A DNA stretch of 64,000 bases from Poseidonia sp. (GTDB lineage: Archaea; Thermoplasmatota; Poseidoniia; Poseidoniales; Poseidoniaceae): the NCBI GenBank assembly GCA_965661285.1, contig CBFIDD010000001.1, forward strand, positions 256,001 through 320,000. Direction: 5' to 3'. The number at the start of each line of letters is the position of its first letter. Positions within the stretch are counted from its first letter, which is position 1. The translations under genes were made by a program, and so were the position numbers. Below the pieces are notes generated by a model. The model was not told the DNA's origin, made no database searches, and saw only the letters and a program-made list of their open reading frames with translations. Shown here one piece after another: positions 8,840 through 17,964 of the stretch.

Positions 8840-8847
8840 TATTTAAA
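8840..8847 (-). promoter_or_regulatory. Archaeal TATA box (TTTAAATA) upstream of the tRNA-Arg locus
   Basis: Consensus-like TATA preceded by purine-rich AAAGG in an AT-rich divergent intergenic region. Confidence 0.55.
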
Positions 8848-8968
8848 CCTTTGTGCTACTTTTCATATACTCATCCCACATGAACGCATCATATTTTCCC
8901 AAATCCTCCCCCCAGAACGAGGAAAAGACGCGCAAAAACGCTTGTAACCGACAATGAAGGGTGTATCA

Positions 8969-8974
8969 TTATAA
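8969..8974 (+). promoter_or_regulatory. TATA box for a probably leaderless CD36-like gene
   Basis: TTATAA about 24 nt upstream of ATG 8998; no SD. Confidence 0.5.
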
Positions 8975-8997
8975 CCTCAACGGCCCGAGGTTCGTTC

Positions 8998-11691
8998 ATG
9001 ACAACTGGAATGTCACCCCGAAACATGCTGATTGCCGGAATCGTCTTGGTTCTGCTGAACGTTGCTGCGCTTGCTCCATTGGCCACCGGTGCCGTTGAAG
9101 ACGTGGTGGACGAAACCTTCGAAGATTACTCCAAGGACGCCGTCTGCGCCAACGATGACTGTACCGAAGCCGAGGAAGACTGGGCTTCGTCCACGGCCCA
9201 GCGCGACTACTACGCGTGGGACGTCACCAACCTCGCTGAGGTCATGGGCGGTGCGGCACCGATCACCGAAAAGGTCGGACCCTTCACCTACGACATCACC
9301 ACCACCCGCACCATCAACAACTACGATGCAAATGCCGGTGAATTGACCTACAACGCCGTGAAGACCTTCGAGTGCGCTGCCGACAGCGCCGTCTCCTGCG
9401 ACACCGAGGTCACCCAACTCAACATCCTCTTCCAGGCCCAAGTGATCGGTGCGACCGGTATGGCCATGGGCGGCATCATGGACTTGACCAAGGTCGGGTT
9501 CGCCGTTCAAATGGTCCTTCAGGACATGAACACCACGCAGGCCGGCACCGCCAGTGTGGGCGACATGTGCATGGCCGACATGAACGGCGACGGAACGCCC
9601 GATGCGATTCCATGCCACTCTTGGGCCAACGGTGGACAAGCTGCACTCGCAGTGTCCGAAACCGGCATGGGCATCAAGATGATGAACAACGATGACACTC
9701 TCAACACCACCATGGATTCGGGTGATGCCTTTTCCGAGGGCAGCCTCGACGCCGCCATGACCGGCACGTCCCACCCAGCCGACCCGAACTTCAACATCTC
9801 GTTGATGACGCCGCTCGGCTCTGTGGCCTTCATGGGCCTGGGCGCACCAGAGACGCTAATCTCTGACGTGTTCGCTGACCCTTCCAATTCCACCGTGATG
9901 GCACGAGCCACCACCTATGGCTATCTTGCGATGGCCGACGCCACCACGCCCGACTTCTACACGACCTTTGTTCGAGACTGGGCCATGTACGCAACGGTGG
10001 GTGCCAGTTTCCAGGCTTACGGCGGCGGCAGCGACGCCAACCTCACGAACAACGACGACCTTGCCATGCGACTCCACAACCTTGTCGGCGTCGACATGAC
10101 CGGCGTGAACGCCGTTGGCCTGATGACCGCTGGCCACATGACCGACACCCCAACGGGGATTGTCGCCACCAACGCTGAGGGCACATCCTTCGGCATGGCC
10201 GCTTTCCTCGGCATGGAAGCCGGTGACGTGATGACCTCCTACAACATGACCGCAGAGCAGTACGGCGCTGTAGCAAGTTGGGTCGGAGGATGGGCCACCT
10301 CCCAATCATCTGCACAACTCGGCCTCCTTGGCGGCGTGGGCACCATGAACGCAGAACAATTTGTGAACCAAACCTTCGGAGGCATGAGCCCCGTTGGCGA
10401 CCCCTACCTCGAGCGCTCACTGAACCTCGGCGGCGCCTGGAGCAGCCTGTACGGCAACGAACCGGTTGACTTGACACAGGAACAATCCGCCAAGATCCTC
10501 TACGACCCCATGATTGGACTGACCACGCGAGGCGGTGCAACCCTGTTCATTTACGGCGAGTTGGCCGGCATGACCCCGCCGATTGACTTCACCACGATGG
10601 AATCCGGCACCCCTATGGTCTGGGACGCAGCCACCATCGGCGCCCTCTACGGCATCGACACCAACGCTGCCACCGCCCTGCGAGCCCTCATCATGGGACC
10701 CATCTACGGCACGACGGATGATTCGTTCGTGCCCGACTACCTCATGTCCACGTTTGGCACGACGCCCTACCTCACGCAATCCTTCAACAACTGGCTCATC
10801 GGCTGGCACGACCCCGTCAACGCCTTCCTCGCCACGGGCAACCCGATGGACATGAGCGTCGGGTGGTCATCGCTTGAAAGCAACGCCACCTACTTTGGTT
10901 CGGGCGGCATCGCTAACGGCGACGGCACCAACTACACGATGTGTACGGGTGAAGTGGCCGGATGCGACAAGGGCGAAACCCTGGCTGAAGACGGTTCAAC
11001 GCAACTTTCGTGGCGCAACGACGCCATGATGGCCGCCACCTACGGCCTCATCATGCCCGAGCCCCTCGTCGGCACCACCGGTGGCTTCCTAACCGGCACC
11101 GAGGACAAGGTTGACGTCAGCGGCTACGTGATTGCGGACGTTGAGCGAACCGGCGACAGCACGCTGAAGGGTATCCCCGTCTATGACTACGAAGCCAAGC
11201 AGGACGCACCCGGACGGAGCATCCAAGCCAACCTCATGGAGACCTTCAGTCTGCTCGACGCCACCCCCGGCGCCCTCCCCGTGTACTTCTCCACGGAGAT
11301 CACCATGCAGGCTGAACAACTCTCCGGCCTCATCATCGCTGGCTCCTCGACCAACACCTTCTACCTTGACAACCGTGCACACACGGACCAAGCCAGCACG
11401 CCAACGATGGACGACCTAGATCCCGTGTTCGAGATTCAGTCCTCCTCGATGATCGAAGACGACGACGCAGAAGAGATGGAAAGCGCCATCGTGCAAAACC
11501 AAAACAGTTTGACCTATTGGACGAACTTTGACTCGTGGATTGACTTCGTCACCCTCCTGTTCTGGGTCGGTGGCATCGCCATGATCGGTATCGGCATGGT
11601 TGGCGCAGCCAACACACCCGCCGAGGACGAAGGCAAGGACTTCTCAGCCTCTGCTGGGGACGAAGCTGCTCCAGAAACTGTTCAAGAGTAG
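8998..11691 (+). CDS. CD36/LIMP-2 family-like protein (two terminal TM helices, large ectodomain)
   Basis: YYAWDVTNLAEVMGGAAPITEKVGPFTY resembles the CD36 motif; GWHDP, KGIPVYDY, AEQLSGLII; strongly biased codon use. Confidence 0.7.
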   Translation: MTTGMSPRNMLIAGIVLVLLNVAALAPLATGAVEDVVDETFEDYSKDAVCANDDCTEAEEDWASSTAQRDYYAWDVTNLAEVMGGAAPITEKVGPFTYDITTTRTINNYDANAGELTYNAVKTFECAADSAVSCDTEVTQLNILFQAQVIGATGMAMGGIMDLTKVGFAVQMVLQDMNTTQAGTASVGDMCMADMNGDGTPDAIPCHSWANGGQAALAVSETGMGIKMMNNDDTLNTTMDSGDAFSEGSLDAAMTGTSHPADPNFNISLMTPLGSVAFMGLGAPETLISDVFADPSNSTVMARATTYGYLAMADATTPDFYTTFVRDWAMYATVGASFQAYGGGSDANLTNNDDLAMRLHNLVGVDMTGVNAVGLMTAGHMTDTPTGIVATNAEGTSFGMAAFLGMEAGDVMTSYNMTAEQYGAVASWVGGWATSQSSAQLGLLGGVGTMNAEQFVNQTFGGMSPVGDPYLERSLNLGGAWSSLYGNEPVDLTQEQSAKILYDPMIGLTTRGGATLFIYGELAGMTPPIDFTTMESGTPMVWDAATIGALYGIDTNAATALRALIMGPIYGTTDDSFVPDYLMSTFGTTPYLTQSFNNWLIGWHDPVNAFLATGNPMDMSVGWSSLESNATYFGSGGIANGDGTNYTMCTGEVAGCDKGETLAEDGSTQLSWRNDAMMAATYGLIMPEPLVGTTGGFLTGTEDKVDVSGYVIADVERTGDSTLKGIPVYDYEAKQDAPGRSIQANLMETFSLLDATPGALPVYFSTEITMQAEQLSGLIIAGSSTNTFYLDNRAHTDQASTPTMDDLDPVFEIQSSSMIEDDDAEEMESAIVQNQNSLTYWTNFDSWIDFVTLLFWVGGIAMIGIGMVGAANTPAEDEGKDFSASAGDEAAPETVQE

Positions 11692-11798
11692 GCCCAATGT
11701 TCGAGAAAAGGTCGCAAAACCGGCCTTTTCCCCCCGACTATAGGGGGAAGAACATATAGGGACTCAAACAACGGTAGCACGAAGAGAACATCTCTTCG

Positions 11799-12965
11799 GT
11801 GAACAGCTTGAGTTGCAAGTTGAACCTCCCCCTCGGCCCTTCGCTGCGCGACCAATCCCTCGAGGCTGACCTCCAAGCCCGTTTGGACGATGGACATCGT
11901 CTCTTCGTCGTGGGCGATGTTCACGGGCACATGGCCACCTTCCGAGCGCTTCTCCATCGACTCAACCTCAAGCCGGAGGACCGTGTGGTGTGCCTGGGCG
12001 ATATGATCGACCGTGGTCCAAACGCTGCGGGCCTTGTGGAGCTGCTGCGAAGCCATCCCCAAGTGATTTGCATCAAGGGCAACCACGAGCAGATGGCGGC
12101 ACAATCGATTCAGGCCGACGGCTCTTTTGAAGCGTGGCAGCCGTGGATGCAGCGGGGTGGTAAGTCGACCTACGCCTCCTACATCGTTCAAGCCGAAGGC
12201 GATTTGTGGCAGGCCAAACGGAACATGGTGGACGATTTCATGTGGCTTGACAACCTCCCAACCCAAATCGTGCTTGACGATGTTCGCTTCGTTCACGCCG
12301 GCTATGACCCACGCATGCCTCTGGACATGCAGGGTGAGAAGGAACTCCTCTGGATTCGCAAGGCTTGGACCCAACACGAAGGTGCCGTTGACCCGGCAAG
12401 GACCGTGTTCTTCGGCCACACGACCACCACCAAACTGGGTGACGCTGCCGGAGAAGTCGCCCGCAGCGCAACCTTGCTGCCCGACGGCCGCCCCTCTTGG
12501 GTTGGTTTGGATGTTGGCGCCTACAATCATGTCTCGCCGGCCCTCGCCGCCATGGACGTGCGAACGCTTCGTGTGGTCATGCAGCCCACCCTGCGATGCG
12601 ACCGATGGTTTGAGCGGATCAACCGGCAAAAAGGAAAGAAGGACGCCCTCTGGAAGGGGGAAGGGAACCTCCGTGAAGCAGAAGTCTCCCTCAGTTTTGG
12701 TCTCAAAGCCTTGGCGACACGGGCAAAGAAGGCTCGGGTCTCCACGCACAGAGCCCAGCGAGAACTCGAAGAGGCGGGCGTGGTGTTTCCGCATTCCCAC
12801 GTGAACCAAACCACAGAGGGTTATCGTATCTTCAAACGGGCGGCGCAACGGGCCAAAGAAGCCTCTCTCCCTCGCGGACCCACCTCGTTTCGCGTGTACC
12901 GAAAGCGAACGATGAACGCCAACACGGCAGCAGAACAACGGCGTCGCCTTTCCGGTGTAAGTTAA
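11799..12965 (+). CDS. Calcineurin-like metallophosphoesterase (PrpA/ApaH-like)
   Basis: GDVHG, GDMIDRGP, GNHE, VHAG, FGHT, LDVG; basic C-terminal tail. Confidence 0.9.
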   Translation: MNSLSCKLNLPLGPSLRDQSLEADLQARLDDGHRLFVVGDVHGHMATFRALLHRLNLKPEDRVVCLGDMIDRGPNAAGLVELLRSHPQVICIKGNHEQMAAQSIQADGSFEAWQPWMQRGGKSTYASYIVQAEGDLWQAKRNMVDDFMWLDNLPTQIVLDDVRFVHAGYDPRMPLDMQGEKELLWIRKAWTQHEGAVDPARTVFFGHTTTTKLGDAAGEVARSATLLPDGRPSWVGLDVGAYNHVSPALAAMDVRTLRVVMQPTLRCDRWFERINRQKGKKDALWKGEGNLREAEVSLSFGLKALATRAKKARVSTHRAQRELEEAGVVFPHSHVNQTTEGYRIFKRAAQRAKEASLPRGPTSFRVYRKRTMNANTAAEQRRRLSGVS

Positions 12966-13082
12966 ACACCGAAGTTTCTTTTTACGGAAACTATTTTCCA
13001 CAAATGATTTGATTTCGTCGTTGATGCATCCATGATGCACAGAAAACAACATTAAAGAGGGTGTAACGCATTTTCTTGTTTC

Positions 13083-13253
13083 ATGAAGAACCAATCTGAA
13101 CAAGCCGGTTCCATTCGTGCACTGCAGAAGGCCTACCTCCGTGTGATGGAACAGCGCCATGCGAACGCCTCGATGTTGCGGTGGAGTCTTGACTTCGCTC
13201 GTGCTGAAAAGGAACGCAACTCGGGCTCGGGCGTCACCCTCTACCTGTTGTAG
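13083..13253 (+). CDS. Small hypothetical protein (56 aa, not in the ORF track)
   Basis: MKNQSEQAGSIRALQKAYLRVMEQRHANASMLRWSLDFARAEKERNSGSGVTLYLL; follows an AT-rich promoter-like tract. Confidence 0.45.
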   Translation: MKNQSEQAGSIRALQKAYLRVMEQRHANASMLRWSLDFARAEKERNSGSGVTLYLL

Positions 13254-13295
13254 TGGATGCGCCAACTTTGATGGCCGGCACAACGTGGGTAGAGC

Positions 13296-13910
13296 ATGGA
13301 GCCGCTGGCGTGGGATGTGCTTCTCGCTGCGGGCACCGTGTTTTTCCTCGGCGCCATTTCCCCCGGGCCGAGCCTCATGGTCGTGCTGCGCAACACGATG
13401 ATCGGTGGTCGTCGTCAAGGCGTCATGTGCGCCTTGGGCCACGGTTTAGGCTTCGGCATGTACGCTGGGCTGGCCGTCTTCGGTCTCATCGTCCTGCTCG
13501 AACAAGCCCCGACCGTCTTTACCGGCCTGCAACTGATCGGCTGCGCGTTGCTGGTCTGGTACGGCGTCTCCATGTGGAATGCCAACCACGACGCCCTGTT
13601 CAGCGAAGACACCGGTTCGGGCGCTCAGGGCTTTGCTGAAGGGTTTGCGATTGCGTTTTTCAATCCAAAAATCGCCTTGTTTCTCGTGGCCGTGCTCGCT
13701 CAAGTACTTCAGCCCGACATGAACCTGCTTTCGAAAACCGCCGTTGGCCTGCTCGGCATGACCATCGATGCCCTCTGGTACCTCTTGGTGGCCGTGGTCT
13801 TGACCGGTACACCGTGGCTGGACCGCTTGAAGGACCGAGCCGCCTTCATCCACCGACTGACCGCCCTTGTGCTGTGGGGCTTTGCGGCCAGTGTACTGCT
13901 GAATCTCTGA
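13296..13910 (+). CDS. LysE/RhtB family translocator
   Basis: ISPGPS, FNPKIALF, multiple TM helices. Confidence 0.9.
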   Translation: MEPLAWDVLLAAGTVFFLGAISPGPSLMVVLRNTMIGGRRQGVMCALGHGLGFGMYAGLAVFGLIVLLEQAPTVFTGLQLIGCALLVWYGVSMWNANHDALFSEDTGSGAQGFAEGFAIAFFNPKIALFLVAVLAQVLQPDMNLLSKTAVGLLGMTIDALWYLLVAVVLTGTPWLDRLKDRAAFIHRLTALVLWGFAASVLLNL

Positions 13911-14825
13911 TCATCGCTGGCACGAGGGGCAGAAAAACGTTGAACGGTTGCTCTGAACGATGCGCCGAACCACACCGCCACAGCCCGCCTTCTCACATGG
14001 CTGGCCTTCTCGGCCGTAAACCGAGAAACGGTGGGCGAAATACCCCAAGGTTCCGTCAACGCTGGCGAAATCGTTGAGCGTCGAGCCACCGGCTTGAATC
14101 GCTTCAGCGATGACGTCTTTGATGTGCCCGACCAGGACCTCCAAGCGTTTGGTCGGCCTGCCGTTCTTTCGGACCAGTCCACCGGCTTCACGGCGAGGTG
14201 AAATCCCGGCGCGATGAAGGGATTCGCAGACGTAGATGTTGCCCACGCCAACCACGGTTTTCTGGTCGAGCAAGGCGAGTTTAATGGCGGTTTTTCGGCC
14301 CTTCAAGCGTTGAGCGAGGTCTTCGGCGCCCCACGGGTCGAACGGTTCGGGACCCAGCGATGCCAGCAGCTTGTGGCCGGCTTCGTCCTCGGCTGGAAAG
14401 AGGTCGATGATACCGAAACGACGAGGGTCGGTGTAGACGGCGCGCGAGCCATCGGTGAAGATGAATTCGAGGTGGTCGTGTTTGCCGCCGTGTCCGGTTT
14501 GGTCGCCAAACGAGGACACGGGAACCCCACCGTTGACCGTCCTCAAGAGGGGTTTCGCAGAGGCCGCTTCCTCGCTGTCAAACAGCGTGTAGCGTCCGCT
14601 CATGCCAAGGTGAGAAAGCAGGACGCGGTCGTCATCAAGGTCGATGAGGAGATACTTGGCCCGTCGGCGAATGTCCACCACGGTGGTCCCTGCGAGGGTG
14701 GGCAAGGCATCGGGGAAGGGATAGCGCAGGCCTTCTCGTCGAATCAGCACGTCGTCGAATGTTTTGTTCAGCATGCCTTGAAGAAGACCTTGACGGACGG
14801 TTTCGACCTCAGGAAGTTCGGGCAA
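13911..14825 (-). CDS. mutM: Formamidopyrimidine-DNA glycosylase
   Basis: N-terminal PELPEVE, RRAKY, HLGMSG, DPRRFG, GVGNIY, C-terminal zinc finger. Confidence 0.96.
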   Translation of the reverse strand: MPELPEVETVRQGLLQGMLNKTFDDVLIRREGLRYPFPDALPTLAGTTVVDIRRRAKYLLIDLDDDRVLLSHLGMSGRYTLFDSEEAASAKPLLRTVNGGVPVSSFGDQTGHGGKHDHLEFIFTDGSRAVYTDPRRFGIIDLFPAEDEAGHKLLASLGPEPFDPWGAEDLAQRLKGRKTAIKLALLDQKTVVGVGNIYVCESLHRAGISPRREAGGLVRKNGRPTKRLEVLVGHIKDVIAEAIQAGGSTLNDFASVDGTLGYFAHRFSVYGREGQPCEKAGCGGVVRRIVQSNRSTFFCPSCQR

Positions 14826-14827
14826 GG

Positions 14828-15556
14828 TCAGACCTCCGGCTTTCTGACCACAAACAGGCGATGGTTGTCCTCATAACCCGTTAACTCAATGGCTTCGTCC
14901 ACCGAATAGCCCGCTTGGTGAAGCCGGTCTTCAACACCCTGGAAAAGCGCCGTTTCCCCTTCGCCGGTCCAGCGTTCACTGGCCGCTTTGAGGGAGAGCA
15001 GACCGGTGCCGCCTGCCTGAAGGAATCGCTCACAGGCTGAAAGGAAAATGTCGACTTGACCGGCTTGTGCGACATCTTGGAAGAGCCACGGTACCTTGGT
15101 GGGCAGCAGCACACCCCATGCAGCATGCTTGCGAGCATCACCGAGGACGGGTACCAAACCCGGCCGCCCCTTGGCCATGAAGGTCAAGTCCCGAAGGCAT
15201 CGAGGCGCCAAATCAACGCAAACCAGTCGCCCACCGAACCGATTTTCACTCCCGCAGAGATGGTCGTAGAGATGACTGACCGACGTACCGTGGCCTGCCC
15301 CGAGGTAGAGCACGGTCTCACCTTGCACCGGCAAAAGGTGGGCGGGGTCGCCCTTGGTGCGCAGCATACCGGCACCTAATTTCGAGCGACTCGGGTCCCA
15401 GCGACGGTGTTCCTTCCCCGAAAACCGTCGAAGTGATTCCCCGTACACCGCCTGGCCAGGAACAGCGTTGCGTGTCCAAAGCGTACGGCGGTCGAGGCGA
15501 ACCGTTGAGGAGAGTTGTTGCGGGCCACGCTGGCGGCGCTTCTTTCCTCCACCCAT
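14828..15556 (-). CDS. flpA: Fibrillarin-like rRNA/tRNA 2'-O-methyltransferase
   Basis: VYGE, WDPSRSKLGA, VLYLGAGHGTSVSH, QDVAQ; downstream of nop5. Confidence 0.93.
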   Translation of the reverse strand: MGGGKKRRQRGPQQLSSTVRLDRRTLWTRNAVPGQAVYGESLRRFSGKEHRRWDPSRSKLGAGMLRTKGDPAHLLPVQGETVLYLGAGHGTSVSHLYDHLCGSENRFGGRLVCVDLAPRCLRDLTFMAKGRPGLVPVLGDARKHAAWGVLLPTKVPWLFQDVAQAGQVDIFLSACERFLQAGGTGLLSLKAASERWTGEGETALFQGVEDRLHQAGYSVDEAIELTGYEDNHRLFVVRKPEV

Positions 15557-15568
15557 GATGTCAGCCCC

Positions 15569-16576
15569 TCAACGCCGAGACGGTGGTTGCTTGTTCGCTT
15601 CGCGAAGTGCTTCCACGCGCGCCTCCACCTTCGCCACGTCATCTTCGCCCCAAGGCTCACCCTCGAACGCGTCAATTTTTGCAGCGATGCTGATTTTTCC
15701 AGCGAGCATCCGGGCGATTTTTCCACGTACCCAGCGAGGGGAACGGCTGATCCACGGATGCATGAAGATATGGCCGTGCTTGGGCGAGGGGGCACCCGTT
15801 TTGAGATGGTGGAAAAACGCCTTCTCCGCCCCCAAAATCTGAACCGTTCCCGAAGGGAGGCGGGCCAGTCGTGCTCGGCCGTGGGCTTCAACGCAGAGGC
15901 GAGCGGCAAGAAGGGGGCCAACAAGCGCAGAGACCGAGGGCAGGTGTTCTTCGGCCAGCCAGCGCAGTGCGTTCTCCATCCGGTCCAGTCGACCGTTGGC
16001 TTGGGCTGCGTTTTCTGCCCATTCCACGAGGGAGTTCCATTCCTTTTGTGAAGGAAGTTCAGCTGGGACCTCGATGTCCATGGCTTCAGCAAAGGCGGCC
16101 GGTTCCTTACTCTGAGTGACGGTGCGCACGTAGGCTGCACGGTCGGTGACCGTGGTCATCGGGAAAAACAACCCCGCCCACTCGATGAGTCGGGATTCCA
16201 TGGTCAAATGACTCGCCCGCAGTTCATCGCTACCACGCACCAGATGTTCCAAGCGACGGTCGGGGTCGTTGGCAGCGGCTTGCACGCCCTCAACGGCCAG
16301 GCGCAGGGCGGCTGCGTCGGCCACGGCCTGTTGCTCGGCTGTCGGCACTGGATAGGACGCATCGGGGAGTCGGGGGTCACCGTGGACGCACAGCACCGCC
16401 TCGGGGAAGCGCTGCTTCAATTCCTCTGCTTCTCGTACGGGCTGCCCAGCAGCGATGCGCCGCAGGCGCTCAACGGCGGCATGCTCGGTCATGTGACCGC
16501 CCCATTCGAGGGCATCAACGATGTTGCCGTGCTCGTCCACGACGGCCGCAGCCCGCCAGTCGTACCACAACCACAT
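15569..16576 (-). CDS. nop5: Nop5 (Nop56/58) C/D box sRNP core protein
   Basis: LPSGTVQILGAEKAFF, PKHGHIF, RGKIARMLAGKISIAAKID; start placed at ATG 16576. Confidence 0.92.
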   Translation of the reverse strand: MWLWYDWRAAAVVDEHGNIVDALEWGGHMTEHAAVERLRRIAAGQPVREAEELKQRFPEAVLCVHGDPRLPDASYPVPTAEQQAVADAAALRLAVEGVQAAANDPDRRLEHLVRGSDELRASHLTMESRLIEWAGLFFPMTTVTDRAAYVRTVTQSKEPAAFAEAMDIEVPAELPSQKEWNSLVEWAENAAQANGRLDRMENALRWLAEEHLPSVSALVGPLLAARLCVEAHGRARLARLPSGTVQILGAEKAFFHHLKTGAPSPKHGHIFMHPWISRSPRWVRGKIARMLAGKISIAAKIDAFEGEPWGEDDVAKVEARVEALREANKQPPSRR

Positions 16577-16693
16577 AGGCGACCCTCGGAGCGGTTGATT
16601 TTGACCCTTGCCCTCCACCACAGGCCAGAAAAAGTGGAACGGTGATTCAGCGTTTATAACCAACCTAATATAGGCGCAATTGGAGGCTACCCC

Positions 16694-17044
16694 ATGTTTT
16701 GCCCCAAGTGTGGAACCTTATCCTTCCCTACACCCGCTGGTGACATCTCCTGTACGAATTACAAGTGTGGGTACAACGGGCCAGCCAAACTGAAAGCCAA
16801 AATCGGTGGCAAAGAGGTGGACTTGTCCAAGGCAAGCTCAAGCACAAAGGTGGAGTCTCGAGACTTTGAAATCATCAAAGATTCCGACAACATGCAAGGG
16901 ATTCTGACGACGGGCGACTACATGTGCCCGAAATGCGATTGTATGGAAGTCTACGCCTACCTCGAACAAACCCGGTCGTCGGATGAACCTGAAACTCGGA
17001 TGTTGACCTGCAAAGACTGCGGGAACGGTTGGCGCGAGTACTGA
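16694..17044 (+). CDS. tfs: Transcription factor S (TFS/RpoM family)
   Basis: MFCPKCG N-terminal ribbon; CPKC...QTRSSDEPETRMLTCKDCGNGWREY. Confidence 0.92.
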   Translation: MFCPKCGTLSFPTPAGDISCTNYKCGYNGPAKLKAKIGGKEVDLSKASSSTKVESRDFEIIKDSDNMQGILTTGDYMCPKCDCMEVYAYLEQTRSSDEPETRMLTCKDCGNGWREY

Positions 17045-17046
17045 AA

Positions 17047-17787
17047 TCAGTAGTCGGATTCCACACGTGGCGCCAGGAAGTACAGCACTTCAGCCGCTCC
17101 GTCGTTGAAGGTGAATTCAAGGCTGAGCGGGAAGCTTTCGCCGAAGCCCAGTTTGACGGTGCCCAGCGAGCCGAACACCTTTGACAGCGGCACGAGGTAG
17201 GTCAAGGAGTATTGACTTCGGGCGGGTTTGGAGCAGTTGAGCGACTCCAATTCGTCCTTCGAAAAGCTGACCGTGACCGAGTCGGTTTGGCCCTGGACGT
17301 GGACGGTGAAGTCGTTGGCGTCAATGCTGAACGTCACCAAATCGCCGACCTGCTTGGCTGCTCGTAGTGCTTGAGCAAGGGAGGCCCCGTTGATCTCAAT
17401 CGAGGAGGGGATGTCGATGTTGGGCAGGTTGGGCGAGGTGACCGTGCTCGGGTCCAACGGTCGAATGTTTCGATCAATCTTGCCGAGGTTCAGCGTCAAC
17501 ACGCCAGAATCCTTGGTGTAGGCCATTTCAATCAAATCGTCGGCGCCGCCCAAACTGATGAGTTCCTTCACTTTGCGCAACTCCAGAGCGAGGTCGTTTT
17601 CCTCGATCTCCCACGTGTCAAAGGCGGCAGCGTCGACCTTCATGTCGATCATCGCAACGTGCGATGCATCAACCACCGTGGCCTTCATTTGGTTTTCTTT
17701 GAACTCGAAGCGTGCGTCCTCGACGACCACGCCCAAAGTTTCTACAATCTTGTTCATCAAGTCCTGTCGGGCTGTGACGTTCAACAT
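17047..17787 (-). CDS. pcn: DNA polymerase sliding clamp PCNA
   Basis: VDASHVAMI, SQYSLTYL, YFLAPRVE; 246 aa. Confidence 0.95.
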   Translation of the reverse strand: MLNVTARQDLMNKIVETLGVVVEDARFEFKENQMKATVVDASHVAMIDMKVDAAAFDTWEIEENDLALELRKVKELISLGGADDLIEMAYTKDSGVLTLNLGKIDRNIRPLDPSTVTSPNLPNIDIPSSIEINGASLAQALRAAKQVGDLVTFSIDANDFTVHVQGQTDSVTVSFSKDELESLNCSKPARSQYSLTYLVPLSKVFGSLGTVKLGFGESFPLSLEFTFNDGAAEVLYFLAPRVESDY

Positions 17788-17964
17788 GAGTTCATCCCTC
17801 TCTGCATCAAAAGCCCACCGCGACGGCTTATGAACTTAGCACAAACGCAAGCATGAACGGACGCGTTCGTGCGCGGTTCTAATCACCCACGTAATTCTCC
17901 GCGCATGGCGCTTGTGCGTCAGGTTTCCCTTGATTTCTTATGAGGCGGGCGTGTGGCCTGTTCC

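Noticed and set aside
8479-8883. ORFs of 75-173 aa spanning the tRNA-Arg pair, and the 5' extension of ORF 7635-8534
   Set aside because: They overlap clear tRNA cloverleafs and have no protein motifs
11728-11798. Two short inverted repeats (TTCCCCC/GGGGGAA; CGAAGAGA-ACA-TCTCTTCG)
   Set aside because: Could be a terminator or operator, but there is no second copy or regulator in view to support a call
12966-13080. Replication origin
   Set aside because: AT-rich, but no ORB-like repeats or adjacent cdc6/orc1 gene
11682-13442. 586-aa minus-strand ORF
   Set aside because: Antisense shadow of the metallophosphoesterase and LysE genes in GC-rich DNA
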